Origin: a virus
DNA length: 64,000 nt
Strand: one strand, 5' to 3'
IMG/VR virus record: IMGVR_UViG_3300017613_000561
Span: 28,448-92,447 of that record
Below, piece after piece: positions 37,281 to 44,638 of the stretch (position 1 is its first letter; each line of letters begins with the position of its first letter). The notes beneath the pieces were generated by a model. The model ran no database searches. It was not told the origin of the DNA and saw nothing but the letters and a program-made list of their open reading frames with translations. Made by a program: the position numbers and the translations under genes.

Positions 37281-39401
37281 ATGTTAGAAGTATCCGCATT
37301 TGGAGCCATTGGTGATTCTGCCACGGTCTGCCAGAAAGAATTGGTAGGGGGCAAGGGTGCAGCACTAGCTGAGATGGCTTCTCTAGGGTTGCCAGTACCA
37401 CCGGGTTTCACCCTGACCACAGAGCTTTGTAATCTCTACCGCTGGCTACATCAATATGGCCGAAAGGCAGAGGACAAAGATGCTGTCATTGAAGACATCA
37501 TGGAGCTGATAGTAACGCCCATGTTGGAACGGTTGGAGAGCCATTTTGGATACATGCCTTTGTTAAGTGTTCGTTCCGGTGCTCGGGTGTCGATGCCTGG
37601 AATGATGGACACAGTTTTAAATGTTGGGCTAGTTGAATCCAACCTTGTGGAATGGGCAGATCGTATAGGTGGACGGGCTACATTAGATAGCTACCGTAGA
37701 CTTATTCAGATGTATGGTTCGGTAGTCCTCAATGTTGAAGATAGACATTTTGAAGGAATACTCCAAAGTGTTAAGGATCGTGCCGGAGTGGAGGACGATG
37801 CAGGGCTTGAAAATGAGCATTTGTTTGGTTTGAACGAGAAGTACCTGCAGCTGTTGGACAGCATCAATGAGCCGCTTCCTCAGACCTTGGAAGAGCAGCT
37901 GGCTGGAGCTATTCGGGCAGTATTTGATAGTTGGGATAATGACAGGGCTAAGCACTATCGTAAGATGCATGGGTACCCAGATGATTGGGGTACAGCTGTA
38001 GTCGTTCAGGCCATGGTGTTTGGCAATATGAATGAGCAGTCCTGTTCCGGCGTGTTGTTCACCAGAGACCCAGCCACTGGGCAACCTGGAGTTGTTGGTG
38101 AGTTCCTTCCCAATGCTCAAGGCGAAGATGTAGTTGCCGGAGTCAGAACCCCGCAACCTCTTATTGATATGTTTGATTGGAATGAGTCGGCACATATAGA
38201 GTTGTTTGAATTGGCTCATAAGATGGAATTGCATTATCGTGATATGCAGGACATGGAGTTCACAGTTCAGGATGGGAAGTTGTATATCCTGCAAACCAGA
38301 GATGGTAAGCGTACTGCCAAAGCAGCCTTTAGGATTGCCCACAATATGTATACGGAAGAGATGATATCCAAGGAGGATATGAGAAAGCGGCTGACTGGTA
38401 AGATGTATGATGCACTCAAGTGCACCAAGATTGACCCAGAGCATTATGTTGAGCCCTGCCACAAGGGGATTCCAGCGGGGGGTAATGTAGTTTCGGGAGT
38501 AATCGCTACCTCAAGTTCCATGGCGGTAGCCTTGGCAGGCAAAGCCAACGTAATCCTGGTAACGAATGAGACGACCCCTAACGACATCAAGGGTATGGAG
38601 GCTAGTGTAGGTATCCTGACACGTACAGGAGGAGCTACTAGCCACGCTGCAGTGGTTGCTAGGGGCCTAAACAAGGCCTGTGTGGTGGGGTGTCAGGACC
38701 TGGACCTTGATACTGTGGCAGATAATACGCATGTAACCATAGACGGTGCCACTGGGGAGGTCTGGTTGAAAGACATGCCCCTGGTGGGGGGTGGTAGTGA
38801 TTCCTATGCTGAGACAGTGCTTGAAATTCTGAGAGGCGCTAAGGAGAAAGCGCCAGCATATGTTTTTAGCGGCACCCTGCAGGAAGGAGAGCCTGTCTGG
38901 ATAGATACAGCCCACATGTCCGTGTCTAATATGGTGGATGTTATTGCTGCCCTGACGTATCACCCGCTGGTAGTCATAGAGTTGTCGGATTGGTTCAGTA
39001 ACGGTGATGGCCTGGATGATAATTTTTTCAAGACCATGATAACTCCGCAGTACATTAAGGAGGCTAGGTTGGAAGGTCTAAAGACTAAGGTACTGGCCTT
39101 AGAAGCAATAGCAGTAACCAAGCATCCGGTGGTGTTCGTAAAGCTGCCAGATATTGCCCCAGCCGCTTATAAGAAGTCACTGGAGAAGGCAGGATACACG
39201 GTACTGGGATCGGTGAACACAGTAGCTGATTTGTTGAAGGGCGGGGTGGTAGACCCCTCAACTGACTTTATCAAGAAGGTCATGGGTGGGAAGACGGCGT
39301 ACAACAAAATGATAGCGATGTTGAAGAAGAACGGTGTGGAGTTTATGGACATGCCGAAACCAGTATACAAAGAAATGGAAGTATACGAATTGCTGGGTTA
39401 G
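37281..39401 (+). CDS. Pyruvate,phosphate-dikinase-like protein: ATP-grasp + phosphohistidine domains, no recognisable pyruvate-binding barrel
   Basis: GGKGAALAEM, SVRSGARVSMPGMMDT, QAMVFGN, AQGEDVVAG, QDMEFT..LQTR, TSHAAVVARG; then ~200 aa unlike the PPDK C-terminal domain. Confidence 0.9.
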   Translation: MLEVSAFGAIGDSATVCQKELVGGKGAALAEMASLGLPVPPGFTLTTELCNLYRWLHQYGRKAEDKDAVIEDIMELIVTPMLERLESHFGYMPLLSVRSGARVSMPGMMDTVLNVGLVESNLVEWADRIGGRATLDSYRRLIQMYGSVVLNVEDRHFEGILQSVKDRAGVEDDAGLENEHLFGLNEKYLQLLDSINEPLPQTLEEQLAGAIRAVFDSWDNDRAKHYRKMHGYPDDWGTAVVVQAMVFGNMNEQSCSGVLFTRDPATGQPGVVGEFLPNAQGEDVVAGVRTPQPLIDMFDWNESAHIELFELAHKMELHYRDMQDMEFTVQDGKLYILQTRDGKRTAKAAFRIAHNMYTEEMISKEDMRKRLTGKMYDALKCTKIDPEHYVEPCHKGIPAGGNVVSGVIATSSSMAVALAGKANVILVTNETTPNDIKGMEASVGILTRTGGATSHAAVVARGLNKACVVGCQDLDLDTVADNTHVTIDGATGEVWLKDMPLVGGGSDSYAETVLEILRGAKEKAPAYVFSGTLQEGEPVWIDTAHMSVSNMVDVIAALTYHPLVVIELSDWFSNGDGLDDNFFKTMITPQYIKEARLEGLKTKVLALEAIAVTKHPVVFVKLPDIAPAAYKKSLEKAGYTVLGSVNTVADLLKGGVVDPSTDFIKKVMGGKTAYNKMIAMLKKNGVEFMDMPKPVYKEMEVYELLG

Positions 39402-39447
39402 GGGTAAGACGGTACACTACGGGAGTCCCTAAGTATGGAACCTCCGT

Positions 39448-39861
39448 ATGACAATAAAGACAAGGCATAGGTGCCCCAAGTGTACAGGGGCGGCATGGTT
39501 GGAAATAGAAGACAGAGAGGTGGTGATTCGATGCCTCTGTGGGTTTCTAAAGATAGTGGAAGAAATTCGGGACGGTATGGTAATCACCCGGACTGAACAT
39601 CCCACACTCCATTCCCTGCCAAGGACCGGAACAAAGCTCTCAAAGTGCCTTGGAGCCCTGTATGTTTACTCTCCTCAAAGCACTGGAGAGTTGGCTGTAA
39701 AACTAGACCAGACGAACAATGAAACAGCAGTTCAGTTGACCGTACTGCAGACCAAAGGATTGGCAGTTAAGGTGACGCAGGGGAAAGGAATCCCCGGTGG
39801 TAGTGTTTGGGATATGAGTAGCATTGGTAATCGTCTATTGGATGGAGGAAGAAATGAGTAA
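39448..39861 (+). CDS. Zn-ribbon + winged-HTH regulator
   Basis: CPKC..CLCG followed by STGELA..L..L..KGL. Confidence 0.6.
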   Translation: MTIKTRHRCPKCTGAAWLEIEDREVVIRCLCGFLKIVEEIRDGMVITRTEHPTLHSLPRTGTKLSKCLGALYVYSPQSTGELAVKLDQTNNETAVQLTVLQTKGLAVKVTQGKGIPGGSVWDMSSIGNRLLDGGRNE

Positions 39862-40198
39862 GTTGACCACATTAGTACTAGGGATCAAAGAAGATAAGAG
39901 TTTTTATCTGAACGACATTAGGGTGACAGTTACAGGAGTGCCTACAGACCGCAGTTTCGTAGTGTCTGTCGGTGGGGAAAACATACCTGTAGTTGGTAGC
40001 CAACCGATACCCTTAGGCATGACACCAGAAGTATTTCTTATGGTGGGGCCGGGGACACACAGGACTTCCATGCATCGTAAAGGCACAGCAAAGGTGGTGA
40101 TTCAAGCCCCTAAGGAAGTGACTATCCTGCGGGAAGACCTCTATTTGAAGGGTTTTGATGAGCGTAACCATAGTAAGGAAGTCCCAGGTACAGCCTAA
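39854..40198 (+). CDS. Protein with CsrA-like C-terminus
   Basis: AKVVIQAPKEVTILREDL resembles the CsrA VRIGI.APK.V.V.REEI motif. Confidence 0.5.
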   Translation: MSKLTTLVLGIKEDKSFYLNDIRVTVTGVPTDRSFVVSVGGENIPVVGSQPIPLGMTPEVFLMVGPGTHRTSMHRKGTAKVVIQAPKEVTILREDLYLKGFDERNHSKEVPGTA

Positions 40199-40640
40199 TC
40201 TGGTGCTGCAAGGATTTGAAATAACCCCAGAGGCCTTGGATGATTATTATCACATGTTCCCCGGTGGGTCGGAGGAGCACCTGGATGGTTTGCTCCGAAA
40301 GATGGTCAAAGTAAAGGTGAAGGGCGGAACGCATGCAGTTGGAGAGGCCCTGTTTCAAGTGAATAAAGCCAGGGTGTTTGGGATCGGTTTCTTAGCAGGA
40401 ATGGGAGCCAAGCCAGGACCCCTCAGTTGCCCAGTGTGTGGTGGGCGGGGAAGTCTGGTCTTTTATGATGAATGCCCTTTGTGCCATGGAAGTGGATGCC
40501 CGTCATGTTCTGATGGGATGGTTAAGGTAGAGAAGCCATGTACGCATGGCACTTGTATAGTAAAAGCGAGAGGGAAGGGAAATGCTAGGAAAAAGACTCA
40601 GCGGAAGCATCATTTTCAACAACGGCATCGTAGACGGTAG
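40158..40640 (+). CDS. DnaJ-type Cys-rich zinc-finger protein
   Basis: CPVCGGRG, CPLCHGSG, CPSC repeats. Confidence 0.6.
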   Translation: MSVTIVRKSQVQPNLVLQGFEITPEALDDYYHMFPGGSEEHLDGLLRKMVKVKVKGGTHAVGEALFQVNKARVFGIGFLAGMGAKPGPLSCPVCGGRGSLVFYDECPLCHGSGCPSCSDGMVKVEKPCTHGTCIVKARGKGNARKKTQRKHHFQQRHRRR

Positions 40641-41130
40641 GATCTACGGCGGATCATATCTCGACAGGCCAAGACAGCTGCCAGGAGTAAAGATGGCCGT
40701 AGAGATTCCTTTGACCTGCGATGTCAGCATACCTACGAAAGATTTCAGTGTCCCGCCTGCAAAGGTGATGGAGCGGGGTATGATACATGCCTATGTACTG
40801 TTACAGAAGCACGGCATGATCTATGTCGGCTGCATGGGTGGGGTTGGTAGGACCGGGTTGTTCATGGCCCTCATGGTCCGGTGGATGAATGAGACTATGG
40901 CCCGGTACTCTAAGAGGACAAGGATTGGCCCCCAAACAAAGGTACGACACCTTTTGCGCGGTCCCGGGTCTGGATGGGGTAAGGAAGCTATTGGGGACTG
41001 TGAATATGTCCCGCCTATTGCTTATGTACGGAAGGCATATTCGCCTCATGCCGTGGAGACAGAACAGCAGAAGAAGTACGTTACTGACTTCGACATGACT
41101 AGACTGAATGCCTTGGTGGGGTGGCTGTAA
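40582..41130 (+). CDS. CX5R (PTP/dual-specificity-like) phosphatase 1
   Basis: YVGCMGGVGRTG P-loop; DF acid loop; YVR..Y..HAVET..Q. Confidence 0.85.
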   Translation: MLGKRLSGSIIFNNGIVDGRIYGGSYLDRPRQLPGVKMAVEIPLTCDVSIPTKDFSVPPAKVMERGMIHAYVLLQKHGMIYVGCMGGVGRTGLFMALMVRWMNETMARYSKRTRIGPQTKVRHLLRGPGSGWGKEAIGDCEYVPPIAYVRKAYSPHAVETEQQKKYVTDFDMTRLNALVGWL

Positions 41131-41137
41131 ATAACAT

Positions 41138-41166
41138 TTGACAAACCTACCTGACTATGACATAGT
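41138..41166 (+). promoter_or_regulatory. sigma70-type promoter
   Basis: TTGACA-N17-CATAGT. Confidence 0.7.
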
Positions 41167-41196
41167 TATGGTATAAATAAACACAAGGACGGGATC

Positions 41197-42243
41197 ATGG
41201 AAACAGTAGCACAGCCTCTTGCGCTCCAAAAGAATAGGCCATTGGTATCAAAGATAAAGCTGGGTAACCTGCCTCTTATAGGTACGGCATACCAGATGAG
41301 AAAGGCTCTGCCCAAGCTGGGCGATGGGGCGACCCCAGACTCTGAAGCCATCAAGTTCTATTTGCATAATCATGCTTACATGCTGGTACAGCAAAGAAAA
41401 TCAGAGTACGAACCCCTAGGAAAGTATCAGCCTGTTGTAGAGGCTTACTTCTCAGTAGGCACCGAGGTTTTTCAGCGTTTGTTTTATTACCTGCTTGTCA
41501 TATGCACTAGGGAAGCAAGGCATGTGCATAACAGCAACAACATTTTTAATAAGGTGGAGCAAAAGTTTGGGATTATGTTGGCAGAGTACCTGCAGAAACT
41601 TAAAGCGTCCGGTGGTGACGGTGCAATAGACCTTATTAAGGATACCACGATGGATATCAGCTTGGGGCAGTACACCACGTTCCTAGAGTTCGTGTTTGAC
41701 ATGGGTGGTTTTAGTGGTGGTTACGGTGGTCAGCCTTGGGTAGATGTAGCTGGGTGCCTTAATAGATTTGTGCATGGTAAGACCAGCGGGGAGACTATGG
41801 TAGACACCGGGTTTACGTTGGCCCACAACAATGGTCCCATATTTAATAAGCCGCTGTTGTATAGCAAGTATTCTGCGAATTTTGGACCCCTGCTGGATGT
41901 TCAGCGTGGGGGCATGATTCCACAGTTGGTCTGGGAAGCCCGTAAGGGCTGCACCTATATGAAGGCAGCAACGAACTCCCCGGCGATACAGGGTATGCAT
42001 AAGCACCTGGAGGCCATTGTAGGGAACGAGTTCTCTGGTAGGGTTGATTGGGATCAGGTTAAGAACCTCGGGGCGGAGTACCCGGTGGATACGTTCAAAC
42101 AGAAGGCTCTGATGCATTATGGTACAGCACCTAAGGTAGTAGCTGTAGACCTTGCTAAGGATGAGAAACAGGATGTGTACTTTGTGACTCCAAGTCAGAC
42201 TGTACCTAAATTGACACGTAAGCAATTAGTATTGGGATCATAG
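41197..42243 (+). CDS. Hypothetical protein
   Basis: 348 aa; ICTREARH, GYGGQPW, LAHNNGPIFNK, LLDVQR motifs. Confidence 0.75.
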   Translation: METVAQPLALQKNRPLVSKIKLGNLPLIGTAYQMRKALPKLGDGATPDSEAIKFYLHNHAYMLVQQRKSEYEPLGKYQPVVEAYFSVGTEVFQRLFYYLLVICTREARHVHNSNNIFNKVEQKFGIMLAEYLQKLKASGGDGAIDLIKDTTMDISLGQYTTFLEFVFDMGGFSGGYGGQPWVDVAGCLNRFVHGKTSGETMVDTGFTLAHNNGPIFNKPLLYSKYSANFGPLLDVQRGGMIPQLVWEARKGCTYMKAATNSPAIQGMHKHLEAIVGNEFSGRVDWDQVKNLGAEYPVDTFKQKALMHYGTAPKVVAVDLAKDEKQDVYFVTPSQTVPKLTRKQLVLGS

Positions 42244-42252
42244 GAGCAAGAC

Positions 42253-43053
42253 ATGAAAAAGATAGGATTCGTACCAGAGGTGTCCACTACGGAAGACATG
42301 TATGATGACCTGCCGTCTGGAGGTAGTCCCGGTGGTGTCTGGGACAATGACCTGGAGCAGTATAACCAGCAGGATTTCTTCTCCAAGGGAAGTAGTAAGT
42401 CCAAGGGGGGTAAGGGTGGGTTTAAGCGGTGTTGGGAGACGCATCCACCCCTGCCTATTGTAGTAGAAGGCAAGACGTACTTTGTACGTGGCGGAAGCTG
42501 CCACTATGAGCCTAAGGAGACGGATATTTTTCTGGGCTTTGATTATGGCATGTCCAGAAGTAGTTCTTTGGCGTACCCATGGGTGAAAGGTGAGGCGTTC
42601 CTGTATGAGATTATGGATATGCATGCCCCTAGTGACCCAAAGAGTTTCAAGCAGCTGATTGGCTATCTGGCTAAGAGCATCCTGGCAGGTAAGCGGGTGT
42701 ATATGGGCTGCATAGGTGGGCATGGTAGAACCGGGCTAGTACTTGCTGCACTGGTTACGTACATGACCGGGGAGCTGGACAGCATAGCCTATGTGAGGAA
42801 GCACTACTGCAAGAAGGCGGTGGAGGCCAAGTGTCAGGTGACGTTCCTGAACAAGCATTTTGGGATCACGAAAGCAGAGCCGACTAAAACCTACGGAGAC
42901 TTTGGTGATGCTTGGGGGACGAACTCCAAGAAGAAAAGGAACGCGGCCTATGATTCTCGTAAGAAAGCTTCGGAGCCCAAGGACAAGACCTCGTACATCA
43001 GGCCGGTGAAGACGCATATGTGCATCCATGGAAAGAAAGCACATCTGAAATAA
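42253..43053 (+). CDS. CX5R (PTP/dual-specificity-like) phosphatase 2
   Basis: IMDMHAP acid loop; YMGCIGGHGRTG; YVRKHYCKKAVE..Q. Confidence 0.85.
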   Translation: MKKIGFVPEVSTTEDMYDDLPSGGSPGGVWDNDLEQYNQQDFFSKGSSKSKGGKGGFKRCWETHPPLPIVVEGKTYFVRGGSCHYEPKETDIFLGFDYGMSRSSSLAYPWVKGEAFLYEIMDMHAPSDPKSFKQLIGYLAKSILAGKRVYMGCIGGHGRTGLVLAALVTYMTGELDSIAYVRKHYCKKAVEAKCQVTFLNKHFGITKAEPTKTYGDFGDAWGTNSKKKRNAAYDSRKKASEPKDKTSYIRPVKTHMCIHGKKAHLK

Positions 43054-43056
43054 CAT

Positions 43057-43085
43057 TTGACAAACGTAGCCACCCATGGCATAGT
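43057..43085 (+). promoter_or_regulatory. sigma70-type promoter
   Basis: TTGACA-N17-CATAGT. Confidence 0.7.
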
Positions 43086-43108
43086 TATATTATAGAGAGG
43101 GCAAACTC

Positions 43109-43993
43109 ATGGAGGGAAAGATGGCCGTAAATATAGACAGCAAGAGCGTATTCAAAAAGCTCGGAATATCCGGCAGTTACGAAGAAGCATTAGCCAATGA
43201 TATAACGGTGGATACAGTGTTGGCCGGTATCACGCTCACTAACAAGCATCAGTTTAAGAATTACATCCCGTTTGGAGAGGGTGTGATTGGCATGTTGATG
43301 AAAGACACCCTTGGGCAGTACAGCAAGTCTCATCTGTCTCATCTGGTAAAGGTTGCTGTAGATAAGTTGGTGACCCAGACGGTAGAGCAGGCAGACCCTG
43401 GTGGTAAAACTTCAGAGTGGCCTAATTGGAGCGATGAGATTGAGACTAAGGGCACTGTTACTGTAGATGGTAAGAAGGTAGGTGATGTCACCAATGTATC
43501 TATCAAGGTAGGAGACCCGGATGTATTGGCGGGGGATGATGCGGTTGTCTTGAATGCCCTGGACACCTTCGTTGCCAACAAGAAAAAGAAACCAAAAGGT
43601 GTGCCTCTCAAGAAGACAGCCACTAAGAAGGGACCAAATCTTGATGCCCCATCGGTGTCATTGAAGAAGGCTAATTATTTGTATCAGCCGGTAACTGGTA
43701 CCAGTGATCATAGTAGGTACTTCCTGATAGCCAAAGCAAAGAATGTTCGTGTTGCTGCCAGGATCAAGGGGCATAAGTTAAGCCTCAGGGTAGAAAGCCC
43801 TAATTTGGAAAAGTACACTGCCCAGTTGTCAGGAGCAGGGTTGGATTTGATGGGTACGCATGCATCCATACATCTGGGTGTTGGTAATCTTAAGATGGCT
43901 AAGCGTACTGTTGGAGCCCTCCTGTTGGATATGGGTTTTGATTGGGATACCAAGATGCCTGATATTAAGCAGATTTACGGGAAGGGGGTGTAG
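43109..43993 (+). CDS. Hypothetical protein
   Basis: 294-aa ORF behind its own promoter; LYQPVTGTS..RY motif. Confidence 0.7.
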   Translation: MEGKMAVNIDSKSVFKKLGISGSYEEALANDITVDTVLAGITLTNKHQFKNYIPFGEGVIGMLMKDTLGQYSKSHLSHLVKVAVDKLVTQTVEQADPGGKTSEWPNWSDEIETKGTVTVDGKKVGDVTNVSIKVGDPDVLAGDDAVVLNALDTFVANKKKKPKGVPLKKTATKKGPNLDAPSVSLKKANYLYQPVTGTSDHSRYFLIAKAKNVRVAARIKGHKLSLRVESPNLEKYTAQLSGAGLDLMGTHASIHLGVGNLKMAKRTVGALLLDMGFDWDTKMPDIKQIYGKGV

Positions 43994-43994
43994 G

Positions 43995-44219
43995 ATGTTA
44001 ACGCAAGAACAGTTTGACAGCCTAGAGATTGGGGAGGTCATAGAAGCCGGGGTTCTGTTTGGCAGCATGACCAATGAACCTATCTGCTGGTCGATCCTGG
44101 GTAAGAGCGAGGCCACGATGCACTTAAGTGCTCACTGGGAGGGGGTGCTCATGGGGGAGTACACCTATAAGTTGAATAAGACCTCGTTAGGGTATCTGTT
44201 ACGGAGGGTGGAGTTATGA
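43995..44219 (+). CDS. Small hypothetical protein
   Basis: ATG right after the previous stop; coupled to the next gene. Confidence 0.5.
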   Translation: MLTQEQFDSLEIGEVIEAGVLFGSMTNEPICWSILGKSEATMHLSAHWEGVLMGEYTYKLNKTSLGYLLRRVEL

Positions 44220-44638
44220 AATACTGGGCAAAGCTATATCACATGGCTAGTAAGATTTCTGATGTGATGCACATGGGGATACATCTTAGGGCGCAAGCGG
44301 GTAAGTATCCCATAGTGGATGGCTCCATGAGTTTTAGGGTGGAAGGAATGACCGGTATGGAGCTGACTGCAAAGATCATAGGGTACAATTACTATGAGAA
44401 GGATGAGGCCCTGGATGTTCTGGTTTCAGTATCTGGTAACCTCGCTTTGTTGATACATGCCACAGAAGACGACTTGCATGTTTGGGTCATGGATATGAGT
44501 CGATTCACTGAGAAGTTTGTAAACGGAGTGAAGGCCAGTATGCTAAGTAGGAAAAGTCACGACACCATGATTACTTTGTTGAAGAAGGGCAGGGTTAATA
44601 TGTATGCCTATAAGCAGGGGGAGTGGGCCGCATGCTAA
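44216..44638 (+). CDS. Hypothetical protein
   Basis: 140-aa ORF coupled to the polymerase gene. Confidence 0.55.
   Translation: MKYWAKLYHMASKISDVMHMGIHLRAQAGKYPIVDGSMSFRVEGMTGMELTAKIIGYNYYEKDEALDVLVSVSGNLALLIHATEDDLHVWVMDMSRFTEKFVNGVKASMLSRKSHDTMITLLKKGRVNMYAYKQGEWAAC

Noticed and set aside
37281-39401. ppdK as a central-carbon auxiliary metabolic gene
   Set aside because: The pyruvate-binding domain is not recognisable, so the gene symbol was withheld
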